Notes: generated from the letters alone by a model not told the origin. Shown: positions 14,701-27,619, numbered from the stretch's first letter. The stretch is 64,000 nucleotides of DNA from Octopus sinensis (GCF_006345805.1 NC_042997.1:115444001-115508000); one strand, 5' to 3'. Program-made: numbers and translations.

Positions 14701-15678
14701 GCTCCTCTTTCACCCGTGTCTCATTTCTGTTTGCAATCACAACACCGCTGTTTATTTAATTCTTCATTTTTCTATTAGGCGGTTGTTTACCATTCTGTCA
14801 TCTGTGCTCCACCCCACTCTCTCACCCACCTTCTTTCTTTCTCTTTCTTCACTTACACATATAAAACCATACACACACATAAACAAGCTTACACATACAT
14901 GCACATACATACATAAATGCATACCCACATATATGCATGTACGTATGTCTAATTATATGCACATCCAGCCCCACTTAAACGCATAAACATACACGCAAAT
15001 ACAGCCATATACACAAATACATAGATGTGCATATTACACGCAAGTACACACTCAGTAATACACATACACACATATGCATGTACATCACATTTACGCATAT
15101 ATTCACATAGACATACATATATATACGATCAATCGTCTGCATATACAGTACACAAATATATATATATATATAGATATACAAATACACACAAATACACACA
15201 CACACATCTTAATATAGATTTGAGTGATGCTTTTCTGACGGTTACGTTTTTATGTTCATTAACTCCTCCTAGACCGTTGGTACAAGGACAACAAAACTCA
15301 AACCAGCATCTCCCCTAATCCAAGGGTATGTCCTAAGAGGTCTATTTTTTTAAGGGCTGCCTAATTGGGGCCCCACTAACCCCACTATTTTTACTGCATT
15401 TTAAACTAAATACATGGCATTGGCGACCAAATTAGAGCAATGACAATGAATTTCATACCATGAACTCCCAGGGAGTATCGTAAGGGGGTTCCATTTCTGA
15501 AGGACTGCTTAAATGGGGCCCCACTGATCCCACTGTTTTTACTGTATTTACCTCACTCCTACGCTTATTGATTAAACTACGATCAGAATCAGTGCTTAGC
15601 ACATTTGCAGAAATAAGTTTCACTACACAAGCAGCCCGATTGTGGGTCCGAAGGCCTAAAAGGTGCCCTCCGCAGGAA

Positions 15679-15715
15679 CTAGCCTGAATGCCGCCCGAAG
15701 AGCGGATTCAAGCTA

Positions 15716-15777
<62 letters not shown>

Positions 15778-16232
15778 CGAGCAAAACGCCCCCCGTCCAA
15801 TGGACGGTGCTGAGTTGTCAAATATTTAAACCAAATTTTCTCAAGACAACTTGTCCGACCGTCCCATAGGCCACCCCTTTGAGAAACACTGATTTAACCT
15901 AAATTTGAGACACCAGCAAAAGAAGAAATAAAGATAGACTTCTTTCTATTTCAAAGAAAAACGATTTTATTTACACAAATATGCAACCGACGAGTTTAAA
16001 GAACCAGTAAGTACAGCGTAACAGCTGATGTACTTGGCGTACAAATGTAGGTTCTCACGGCTTTATCGATCGTATTCTCACCTGGAATCGATTTTTGTCA
16101 TTTTTTCAAGACTTATACACGCCCTGATACCGTCGGTATCTACATATCAAATCTGAGCGCAATCGGATGGAGGATGCCCGAGATCCTAGAAGACACACAC
16201 ACAGACAGACAGAACGAAGTTTATATAATAGA
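15679..16232 (-). mobile_element. Non-autonomous Helitron-like element
   Basis: Minus strand begins A|TCTATTATATAAACTTCGTTCTGTCTGTCTG (TC start followed by (TGTC)n) and ends with hairpin CCGCTC-TTC-GGGCGG, then 8 nt and CTAG|T. A|T insertion site preserved. Confidence 0.65.
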
Positions 16233-16657
16233 TATGCACCTCTTCCTAAGGTGCATAAAATTTGTTCTGTACGTTTGAGCATAAAAGTGCATATAAACAT
16301 GCAATTTTATGCTGAAACGTACAGGACATACTTTATGCATCTTTTATTCCCAGACAGACACAACACGTCACCAATTCTAGGGATCGAAACCACAGTCTTA
16401 CTATCATACGTGCAACACCCTAAAAACTGAACCAAGCGCTTCCACAATAAATGTATATACCCAGGTGTAAATGTGTCTATGTGTATATATATATAGATAT
16501 ATCAACGTACGCACTTACATAAGTCATGACATAGATATTCACATATGCGTGCTTGCACACGTAATACAAGTTCAGATGCATAGACACAAGCATAGGTATG
16601 TATATGCAAACATACATATAAATATGCATACATGGATAATCATATAGACCTACATAC

Positions 16658-16920
16658 ATACCTGTAATTAGTGGGACCCTGGGATATGTAGCATACTCCC
16701 TAAATACCAATCTTAAGAAATTAGTCTTCTCAAAACCAGAAAGGAGAAGGCCAATTCGAAGACAACAGATCCAATCCGTCGCTGGAACTGTAAAGATCTG
16801 TAAAACTTTCCAGCAGTTTATCATTTAAGTATATATGAGCATGTCTAGATATGCAGCTAAAAGCATGAGAATACATACATAAAGCATACAAATCTGCACA
16901 TACATACATACATACATACA
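16658..16920 (+). mobile_element. 3' fragment of RLE-type non-LTR retrotransposon family B, between (TACA)n tracts
   Basis: Open 56-codon frame IPVISGTLGYVAYSLNTNLKKLVFSKPERRRPIRRQQIQSVAGTVKICKTFQQFII* (stop 16826-16828) resembles the C-terminal end of RLE ORFs and the fragment at 29779-30200. Confidence 0.7.
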
Positions 16921-16921
16921 G

Positions 16922-18055
16922 TTTTCACATGGGGGCCCTGAAATCAGGACTTCTCATCAGGATGATGGTCCTAACAACAGTCATCTCAACGAGCAGTTGC
17001 TGTTGCTCAAACAAGAGGTCGAGCACCTAAAGTCTGTTGTTGCTCATTTACTAAATAAACAGTCTTCTATTGACGCAGAGCCACCCTTGATTTCTTCCCT
17101 GAAGATGTCCAAACTGAAGGGAACAAAATCGAAGCGGCCAAAGAAGGCGAAGGAACCGGCGGTCGTTTCCGCACATGATCGTTCCTGTGCGGTCCCGGAG
17201 GTTTCCCAACCTGAATTGAGGAGCGTAGACTCAAACCCACCTGAAGACCGCTGTTCTCCCAAAAAGAAGAAACGTAGTCATAACTCCAGTGGAGCAGATT
17301 TAGCTACGAAACCTGCTCACGATAAAATCTGTTTGGATTCTCCCTCACTTGTCCTTCCCATCAATGCCATTGCTCAACCAATTCTGAATGATCTTGATGT
17401 GAGTTCATCTGGGGAGTGGTGCTCCTCCAAACCGAAGAAGAGGCAGTGCAGTTTCAAACCAGGCGGGAAAGTTATGACCACTAAACCCATTCCGATCAAC
17501 CCCAAAGGCCTACATAAATCTGATGGCTATGAAACCACCCTTTCGAAATCATCCAACGAAGAATCGAATGCCGCAGCTCATAGTAGAGAACAGAAAGACC
17601 ATTTTGCCCACTCAAGATCAGCAATCATTTATGGTAAAGCTGAATCCACCTGTGATACAGGCATAAACCGCCTAAAAGAAGACATAAATTGTTTCCGTTT
17701 TAGTTGGAGAATTGTTCTCTGTCAACGAAAATGTCAGTAATTCCAAGTGAACTCAACCTCAGACACTAGACCACGCCCAATAAGAGTAATCTTTTCTTCC
17801 GATCAGGAGGCTTCAACCTTTCTGAACAGAGCTCAGATGCATGCCTGGGAGGACCCCAATATGGGTTTTCGCGAGCAATACTCACTGAGAGAGAGAATTC
17901 GCCGGAGAAACCTAATATCCGAACTGAAGATGAGAAAACAGATGAGAGAGAAGGGTTTACGCATCCAAGATGGACAAATAATCAAGTCCTACCACTGGTC
18001 GCATGCTGTAGCGCTGACAGAGAAAGTGAATCGAGGGCGAATCGAAGTAAAGTAG
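16922..18055 (+). pseudogene. CR1 ORF1 (coiled-coil plus RRM-like), disrupted near 17700-17747
   Basis: LLLKQEVEHLKSVV coiled coil; SRSAIIYGKAES..RPRPIRVIF..RERIRRRNLISELKMRK..LRIQDGQII pattern typical of CR1/L2 ORF1. The frame is open back to the 5' junction. Confidence 0.75.
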
Positions 18056-18120
18056 ATACCCCCGTCAACGATGCTATCTCTGATACCCCTTATTCTGCTT
18101 GTTTCCCAATTCCCGCCCCT

Positions 18121-20909
18121 CAAACTTCACAGCTCAGCATCGTCTATACCAACTCGTGCTCTTTATTTCCAAAGTTCAGCGAACTATTTACACTGGCCAT
18201 GCGTGATTCCCCTGATGTGATAGCTATCACCGAGACTTGGCTGACTCCAACAGTAAAGGACTCGAAAATCCACCTACAGGGCAACGCTCTCTTCAGATGT
18301 GACAGAGAAAAAAGGGGAGGTGGAGGTGTTGCTGTGTATGTTAAATCTGATCTCAAACTGTCCAGCGGTATTCTACCCACTAATGCTCAACCTACAACAA
18401 AATTCGATGCCGTCTATTGCAAGCTGAGCCTATCCGGGTTTTGCCTGCCCGTGTTAGCTGTCTACAGGCCGCCTCTTACCGACCCCCAGGACGATGCTCA
18501 TTTACTCGAAGCAATAAGATTCGTTTCAGCTTCTCATGACTGTTTGATATTAGGTGACTTCAACGCTCCCACGATCGATTGGCCCGCATCAATTTGTACA
18601 TCATCTTCCCGGTTCGGCCAGGCCCTTCTTGACGTGGCTGAAGATTGTTTTCTATCGCAACATGTTGAATATCCGACAAGGCATCGGTCTGGGCAGCAAC
18701 CCTCTATGCTGGATCTGGTATTCTCCTGCTATCCAAGATCAGTGTCAGGCTTATCTGTGTGCGCCCCTCTTGCCAAGAGTGATCATGCGGTCCTGAAGTT
18801 CGTCATGCACACAACTTTTTCTACGCCCACGACTACTTCGCTGCCACATAGAGTCTTCTCTGCAATTAATCTTGAAATTCTAACCGAGGCTTCCGCGCTT
18901 CTGGACTGGCGATCCCTGATGACGTTGTCCTCAGTTGACGAACTATGGTCGTCCCTCAAAGCATATGTAATCTGGTTGACTGACCAAGCAGTTCCCGTTG
19001 GGCTTCCCAAGAAGAAGAAACACAAGCCCTGGGTGACGAAGAAGGTTAAACGAGAACTTCGACTCAGAGATATTGCTTGGGCTGAATTCAAAAATCTAGA
19101 TTCGACTGCAGCTTTTGAGGTGTACAAAACTCAACGAGACTGAGCCGTGAAAATTGAAAAGGAAGAACGCTTCAGATATGAATACAGAATCGCGGCAAAC
19201 GTCAGTCGCAATCCAAAAACCTTCTTTGCTCGTGTCCAACGGAATTACCGCTTGAACAACCAAATTGCAACGTTGGTAGACTCAACAGGCGTATCGATTG
19301 AGGACCCTTATCAACAGAGTCAATTATTTGCCGAGGCTTTTTCAACTATTTTCAAACAAGATGATGGTCGTGAACCCCCTCCATTTGATAGATCGGTACC
19401 TCCAATGCTTCGATTGGTTATCACGCGGGACGAAGTCGAACGCGTTATTCAAGGCCTCGATGTCAACAAGGGTCACGGCCCTGACGGCATACACCCACGG
19501 GTTATCAAAGCGTTGGCTCCGGTCATCTGCGAGCCTTTAACACGTCTATTCAATATGTCATTGGCGACGGGTGTTATACCTGCGGACTGGAGAACAGCGA
19601 TAATCTGCCCAATTTTCAAGAAAGGGAGCCGCGAAGACTCGCTTAACTACCGACCGGTTTCCCTTACTTCAATAATCAGCAAGATGTTCGAAACCATCCT
19701 TAAGAAAAGTATGATGCTCCACCTCCAAAACACAGCCTCTATCTCTGATTCCCAACACGGCTTCATGCCGAAGAGATCATGCATGACCAACTTACTGGTA
19801 ATGGAAGAATTGGTGACGCGCATCCTCGATGATGGTGATGCTGTTGACATCGTTTTATTGGACTTTGCCAACGCTTTTGACTCGGTAAACCACCGCCTAT
19901 TACTTGTCAAGCTTCAAGCATATAGTTTCCATCCGGATATTGTACGATGGGTTGGTGCCTTCCTCTCAGATCGCTCCTTCCAAGTCCAAGTTAATGGTTC
20001 GCTGTACGACGTCTCCAGTACGAGCAGTGGCGTGCCTCAAGGTTCAGTGCTTGGGTCTTTATTGTTCTTAGTCTTCATAAATGACTTGCCCGACGACCTC
20101 ACGACCTTCTATTTGCCGACGATGTCAAACTGGTCGCTCCTCGCGGTGTTATAGAGGATCTTCGTCGATGCCTCCATCAAATTTGGAGATGGTCTAACGA
20201 ATGGGACCTGTGTCTGAACGTATCAAAGTGCTGTCATCTGCCTGTTGGCTCTCCTCCTGTAGCTCAACTTGATTTCGAGCCGGGTCGTCTGTTGCTGGAG
20301 AGGACCGACCAGGTAAAGGGCCAGGGTATCTTGGTGGATTCCTCCTTTTCGCCTTCGGCCCAGTGCGTCCATGCTGCCAACAAAGCACGTGGAGTTCTGT
20401 TCTTGATTCGACGGTCATTCGGAATGCTCACAGCAGCCATATTCCTACCGCTCTATGTCACGCTGGTGAGATCCATATTGGAGTACGGGATTCAAGCCTC
20501 TTCTCCTTATCTCCTCAAAGACATACAGCATCTCGGAAGAGTCCAGAAGCTGGCTACCCGCATGGTTCTTGGTCTCAAGAATTTGTCTTATGAAGAAAGG
20601 CTGAAGACGCTCGACCTTTATTCTCTAGAAAAACGACGACGCCGTGGTGATCTCATTCTTGCTCACATCATAAGCGGAAAGTGTAACCTCTCGAAAGGGC
20701 TGTTCTTCATTCCTGCTTCAGAGCGTCGGCTGCGGGGTCACTCCGAAAAGCTCTATCTGAGTCGATTTCATCTCAATCGAAGGAGAGGGGCCTTCTCCGT
20801 CCGGGTTGCGGATCCGTGGAATAAGCTGCCGGACGAGATGGTGAAGATGCCGACGACAGCTCGGTTCAAAGTCTCCCTTGACCACAAGTGGCCTGAACTC
20901 TTTACATGA
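18121..20909 (+). pseudogene. CR1 ORF2: AP endonuclease plus reverse transcriptase (1 stop, 1 frameshift)
   Basis: APE motifs YTN, TETW, GGGVAVYV, VYRPP, GDFNAP, LDLVF, SDH; RT motifs YRPVSLTS, QHGF, LDFANAFDSV, GVPQGSVLG, FADD (restored by a frameshift near 20105). In-frame TGA at 19141-19143. Confidence 0.92.
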
Positions 20910-21084
20910 ACACCACCCTGTACATAACTCCATGTCCCCCTACATGGCCTTGCTTTTTGCTTTTTGAGCCAAAAATTAACTAAATACATACACACATACA
21001 TACATACATACATACATACATACATACATACATACATACATACATACTACATACATACATACATACATGCATATACATACTCTC

Positions 21085-21240
21085 TTTACTCTCTTTTACT
21101 CTTTTACTTGTTTCAGTCATTTGACTGCGGCCATGCTAGAGCACCGCTTTTAGTCGAGCAAATCGACCCAGGACTAATTCTTTGGAAACCTAGTACTTAT
21201 TCTATCGGTCTCGTTTGCCGAACCGCTAAGTTAGGGGACC
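21085..21240 (-). mobile_element. SINE family B 3' fragment
   Basis: CTTTTACTCTTTTACTTGTTTCAGTCATTTGACTGCGGCCATGCT is the reverse complement of the family B tail. Confidence 0.8.
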
Positions 21241-21244
21241 GAAT

Positions 21245-21450
21245 CAGTTCACAACGCCCTCTAGCCAGACTGTTGGATGCATGTATTCCAGTGTAGTTAT
21301 CTCCTCTTCAGCCACAGAGAACGGAAAAGTAGGCGCTCCGAACTGACACGAGAGACAGGCCCCTCTTATGATATTCCGGTCTCTGCGGCTGAAGAGAAGA
21401 TAATCACTTCGAAATATATGCACAGTTTGGTTAGGGGGCGCTGTGAGCTG
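21245..21450. repeat. Fold-back inverted repeat (MITE-like), ~80-bp arms, ~47-nt spacer
   Basis: Outer arm 23/28 and inner arm 22/24 complementary; the mismatches in these two segments are all transitions. Confidence 0.8.
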
Positions 21451-21725
21451 ACTACTTGTCTGCAGCGAGAAATTTTTTCCATGACAAAATACAGTGAATG
21501 ACTTTCCTCGGGTTCGTATATGTCTCAAAGATATTCGAGCTGGTAAGAAGTTTGCGTTTACATACATCACTGCTTAGTGCTGTCATACACACTTTCTCTC
21601 GCCATATATAGCGACAGCTTTAGTCTTATATTTATAAGACTGCCATATTAGTATGGCGATAACTATTAATTTCCAGTAACGCTGCCGTAATCTCCTTTAG
21701 AGAGACTTAGTAATTTTAATATTTC

Positions 21726-21760
<35 letters not shown>

Positions 21761-21765
<5 letters not shown>

Positions 21766-23350
21766 TCAATATAGGGTGGCAAAAAATTTTGTAGAATTTT
21801 TTTGCCACCAGCGGCCTAGTGGGAAAAAATTAAATAGTCATAGACCATTTTTAAGTTCAACATCACATCAAGGAACGGCCATAATAGGCCATTCACCCAC
21901 TAGAAATAACAGCCAAAGCTTCATCAACCGCAAATAAACATCAATTCCGTAAACCAGGAGAAAATTAAAAAACATTTACCCTGTAATTTCTTATACGATG
22001 CACCGTTTCATCTACTGTTTAATGGTAAACTAACCTGATTAAATTAAATCAAGCCAATCTTCCATAGGCCCTTAGAGTCATCATAAGAAATAGCCAAGTC
22101 GGAACAGATATTTTCACGAGACATTTCCGACCCTGCCTCGGCAATATCTGACCTAAAATTTTCAAATCATCGCACCTCGCGCCAAATTTATCGGCAGCAA
22201 ATAAATATAAGCCGCCGATTCCATTACGGATTAACCAGAAAATTCATAATTAATCAATATAGGGTGGCAAAAAATTTTGTAGAATTTTTTTGCCACCAGC
22301 GGCCTAGTGAAAAATTAAATAGTCATAGACCATTTTTAAGTTCAACATCACAATCAAGGAACGGCCATAATAGGCCATTCACCCACTAGAAATAACAGCC
22401 AAAGCTTCACCGCAAATAAACATCAATTCCGTAAACCAGGAGAAAATTAAAAAACATTTACCCTGTAATTTCTTATACGATGCACCGTTTCATCTACTGT
22501 TTAATGGTAACTAACCTGATTAAATTAAATCAAGCCAATCTTCCATAGGCCCCTTAAGTGATCAGTAAGAAATAGCCAAGTCGGAACAGATATTTTCACG
22601 AGGCATTTCCGACCCTGCCTCGGCAATATCTGACCTAAAATTTTCAAATCATCGCACTCGCGCCAAATTTATCGGCAGCAAATAAATTAACCGCCGATTC
22701 CATTACGGAATTAAACAGAAAATTCATAATTAATCAATATAGGGTGGCAAAAAATTTTGTAGAATTTTTTTGCCACCAGCGGCCTAGTGGGAAAAAATTA
22801 AATAGTCATAGACCATTTTTAAGTTCAACATCACAATCAAGGAACGGCCATAATAGGCCATTCACCCACTAGAAATAACAGCCAAAGCTTCAACCGCAAA
22901 TAAACATCAATTCCGTAAACCAGGAGAAAATTAAAAAACATTTACCCTGTAATTTCTTCTACGATGCACCGTTTCATTCTCTGTTTAATGGTAACTAACC
23001 TGATTAAATTAAATCAAGCCAATCTTCCATAGGCCCTTAGAGTGATCAGTAAGAAATAGCCAAGTCGGAACAGATATTTTCACGAGGCATTGTTCGACCC
23101 TGCCTCGGCAATATCTGACCTAAAATTTTTCAATCATCGCACTCGCGCCAAATTTATCGGCTTGATTTATTTAATCAGGTTATTTTACCATTAAACAGTA
23201 TGATGAAACGGTGCATCGTATAAGAAATTACAGGGTAAATGTTTTTTAATTTTCTCCTGGTTTACGGAATTGATGTTTATTTGCGGTTGAAGCTTTGGCT
23301 GTTATTTCTAGTGGGTGAATGGCCTATTATGGCCGTTCCTTGATTGTGAT
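21761..23350. repeat. Tandem array of a ~485-bp unit (about 2.9 direct copies) plus an inverted partial copy
   Basis: Units start at 21761, 22249 and 22729; 23159-23350 is the reverse complement of part of the unit; (TA)n on both sides. Confidence 0.95.
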
Positions 23351-23500
23351 ATATATATATATATATTATTATATATATATATATATATTGGAGACGTTTT
23401 CTGTTACTTGTACCTAGCTGCATATATTCAAGTGTATATAGATGTATGCACATTCTTCATCAGGTAAGTCACGAATGAAAACAAATTCAAAGTGAACTCT

Positions 23501-23570
<70 letters not shown>

Positions 23571-24176
23571 TTGTATGTATATACATATATATATGTACAT
23601 ATACAAACCGGAATATAGATACATGTGTGTGGTTACATGTGTTTGTGTATGTGTGTGTGTGTGTGTTTTTATATATATGTAGCTACATACGCATCTCACA
23701 TACACATACTATTCTATATGATCCTATACGCTGGGTAACAGCAACATTTCATAAACTTTAATTAACAAGTTTGTTATTAGTAGCCGAGTGACAGTGTCAT
23801 TCTAAGAGTTGTGTGTGCGTTTCTCCGGTGGATTTGTCGGACAGAGGAAGACTTTCACACGGGAAGACATTCTAATGTCAACTACCACCAACCCCATCCA
23901 CCTCACCAACCCTCTTACCCATTCTGTTTTCTTTTGGTCTCCGGATATTATTATTGAACAAGGGTCTGTGGTTTAAGTATTGATAAGGTAGCTACAATGC
24001 AGCCATCTGTAAGGTGCGCAGATATCACGTATGTATATATGTATGTATGCATGCATGCATGTATGTATGTATACTTCTGTATATATATGTACGTGTGTGT
24101 GTGTGTGTGGGGGGTTTGCATGTATGTATATATATATATTCATATATATATATATATATATTCATATATATATATA

Positions 24177-24263
<87 letters not shown>

Positions 24264-24338
24264 GTGACTGATGTATGTCATTTTTGTATCCCCTCCATTT
24301 TCTTTTCGCCGTGTGTGTGTATATATATATATATAATA

Positions 24339-24370
<32 letters not shown>

Positions 24371-25049
24371 GATACATATATATGTGCGTGTGTGTGTGTA
24401 TGTATGTTCCTAAAAGCAAGAGAAAATTTCCGTACAGATATATGTGTACAAACACACACACACGCACACACACACACCCACACCCACACACACACGCACA
24501 CACACACATTACATTTTTATACACTCTCATCCATAGACATGTTTGTGTATATTACTATTGCATAACTTTTGTCTAGACACATCAGTTGTTCTTTTCTTAC
24601 CTGGTTACACAAGATCTTGGCTGGCTGCTTCCACCTGTCCACCTGTCTCTTATTTTGCATGATGTCACCATTTACCAGATGCTACAGGTGTAGCTTTATT
24701 TCTCAGTGGAATCTCGCCGCCCGATTGGATAGGGGCCCTGACCCCTCTTCGGTGATCCCTCAAGACTCTGCCCTGCCAGCTGAGGTAAAATCCTGTATTT
24801 TTTCCTCCTACCACTCCAACCGTTTCTGAATAGTGGACCTAATTACTTTAGGGTTTCGAGAAACCTATTTTGGGCACCAGAGTTCCTGTTACAATCATCA
24901 TCAATATCATTATTAAAAGAATCAACAGACACACCTGTCCAATACAGGTAAAATCAAAGTCATCATTGTCCCCATTATAACACTATACCAAAATCTACAC
25001 CTGGACTCAAATTACATATCCATCATAAATAAATACAGTTTCTTTTATT

Positions 25050-25470
25050 TTAATATTTTGTTTTTAAATTCAAGGCGGTGAGCTGACAGAAACGTTAGCA
25101 CACCGGGCGAAATGCTTAGCGACATTTCGTCTGTCTATACGTTCTGAGTTCGGGGTCGATAAATCAAGTACCAATTGAACACTGGGGTCGATCTAATCGA
25201 CTGGCTTCCTCCCCCAAAGTTTCGGGCCTTGTGCCTTGAGTAGAAAAGGATATTTCTATATTCAAAGGCGGCGAGCTGGCAGAAACGTTAGCTCACTGGG
25301 CGAAATGCTTAGCGGTATTTCGTCTGCCGCTAGGTTCTGAGTTCAAATTCCACCGAGGTGGAATAATAAGTACCAGTTACGCACTGGAGTCGATATAATC
25401 GACTTAATCTGTTTGTCTGTCCTTGTTTGTCCCCTCTGTGAGTAGCCCATTGTGGGCAGTGAAGAAATAA
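25050..25470 (+). mobile_element. Two adjacent SINE family A copies
   Basis: GGCGGYGAGCTGRCAGAAACGTTAGC heads at ~25054 and ~25267. Confidence 0.85.
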
Positions 25471-26009
25471 CAAGTAAGTGTGTGTGAAAAACAAAATAGG
25501 AATTTTGAAGGAAATACCAATAAAACTAATTTTTAAACATCAAATGTCTGATGATGAAGGAAAGTAAAATGGTAATCAAAAAATTCCATTGTTTCAAAAT
25601 GGTTAAGAATCATTGCTCTAGTCGAGAAGCATTAATAACCATTTACAATTCATCATGTGTTCTGTTTCTCTTAACCGTACGAGTTATACGTCTGATACGT
25701 TGATAGATATAAATATTCAGTGTTCTTGTTTGTTTATTTTCGTATACATATTATTGTCCTGTTCTGTTCTACTCCCAGCCCGCCATTCTGAAGCAAGCGA
25801 GTCATTCTGTTGCTAATGTACCGTATTTGCTTTGATCTTCAGTCTAAGGAATTTCTTTCCCTTCCTTACTTATATCTTGTCTTATCTCTTTTACCTGTTG
25901 ACCTCGTTTGATTTGTCCTTTGTATTCCTCCATTTTAATCGTGAAGTTACGCTACGATTTCGCCACACACTCTGTCTGTCTGTGTGTCTGTCTGTCTGTC
26001 TGTCTGTCT

Positions 26010-26910
26010 CACCGCGAGTGTCGCGTTGCTCTCAAGCAAGTCTGCCGTCCTGGGTCGACCTTAAGTGACTTCAACACAACCAAAGCATTCTATAGGGGTT
26101 TAGTGGAGGGGAGGTACGACGACGAGCTCGGGGCGAACCTGGACGTCGACGAGGAGTACCTGACCCGCCTGTTCGGGACGACTTTCGGGCCAGGGCCCAT
26201 GGACAACTTCCAGAGATCCCTGGCCTGGCAGTGCTACCGAGAAGCGCTACCCGTTCGGGATAAGCTCTACACACGGCTCGAGAAACACGGGGCCGACCTG
26301 CCCGAGATGCGGTCAGAGCGACGAAACCGTTCTGCACGCACTCGTTCAGTGTCCAACAATTTCCGACCTGTGGGCTTATGTCGAACAACTGCTGTCACGT
26401 GTGGGACGAGTCGGTTTATCAGCTGAGTCTATCGTCAATATTGTCACGCCTCCTTCCTTCAAACAGGAAGGAAGAGCTTTTTCATCATCCTTGTGGCTAT
26501 GGCGAAAGAATTGTATCTGGTGGACGCGTCTGAAAGGATTGGAGACAAACACTTTCCTCTCTGGTCAATCTCTCATCAACTTCTTCAATACCACTTGAAA
26601 AGGAAAGTGAGAGTAGAGAGGCAAGTTTTGTCTAGCGAATGTTTTAAAAAAGATGGTGAATGTAGCAAATGGCACGTATGAATGACGAAGCCACCTTGAG
26701 CATAGTCCTATGAACCCAGAAATCGAAAACAGAGAGTTACTTATTTGCCAAAAAAAAAAAAAAAAAAAAAAAAAAGAAATATAAAATGTGACTTCATTGA
26801 CCGAGGTTATCGTGGTCTTTTCCGTAGGCTTTTCTTTCCACGGATAAACCTCACCTGTCCTCCCCTTTACACTTCATATTGACATTTCTGTGATAACGAT
26901 CCCTATTGAT

Positions 26911-26950
<40 letters not shown>

Positions 26951-27103
26951 CCCTTTTTTTTGTCCCTTTCTCTCCTTTTACGATCCCTTTTGATCGAACC
27001 TCCCCCTTCCTATTTTTTTTTTTTTTAATACCTTCAAAAAAGAAAGCTCTACCTTGTATTTGTTCTATCTGTGTGCAGCCCTGTGTGGCTAATAAGAAAC
27101 ATA
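26010..27103 (+). mobile_element. Tx1/L1-clade LINE 3' fragment (zf-RVT region plus 3' UTR) with (TCTA)n tail
   Basis: AFYRGLVEG..NFQRSLAWQCYREALPVRDKL..CPRCGQSDET..HAL.QC across frameshifts; ends AATAAGAAACATA(TCTA)n; (TCTG)n at the 5' junction. Confidence 0.8.
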
Positions 27104-27135
27104 TCTATCTATCTATCTATCCATCTATCTATCTT

Positions 27136-27231
<96 letters not shown>

Positions 27232-27619
27232 AAATTGAATAAGGGTAGAAATTGATATTAATGAATTAAAACCAGTGGCCTAGCATATTAAAAAAATCCG
27301 AAGATTAAAATATTTTTTACATACAAAATTTAAAGAACTGACCTCTAAAAGTGGACAGTCAATATGCTAGATATAGACGTCAACCTCGCTATTTTCCACG
27401 AAGAATGTGTTCTCAAGAAAAAACTCAGTAAAAAACCAAAGTGTAAAAAAACAAGACAAATGAAAATATACGAAATAAAAAACGATTACCTATGTACTAA
27501 TCAGTTTCACTTGTTAATATTCACGTATATGTATACGCGAACATCTGCAAGATCATCAGCATAGTCTGTCGTTTACAAACATAATTTCCAGAACTGTGGT
27601 TTTTTGCTATCTATCTATC

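Larger units (their letters stand above)
16921..20990 (+). mobile_element. CR1-clade LINE, 5'-truncated within ORF1, with (TACA)n tail
   Basis: ORF1 plus APE-RT ORF2 with a CR1-type C-terminus (RRRRGDLI, RLRGHSEKL, RRGAFSVRVADPWNKLP); short 3' UTR then (TACA)n to ~21075; (TACA)n also on the 5' side. Confidence 0.93.

Noticed and set aside
21761-23350. Regular repeats as CRISPR array, 5S rDNA or snRNA cluster
   Set aside because: No unique spacers, eukaryotic context, and no similarity to 5S or U snRNA sequences that I could recognise.
24590-24830. GC-richer unique segment with a minus-strand CAG|GTAAG donor-like site
   Set aside because: No frame gave a recognisable peptide and no acceptor could be supported.
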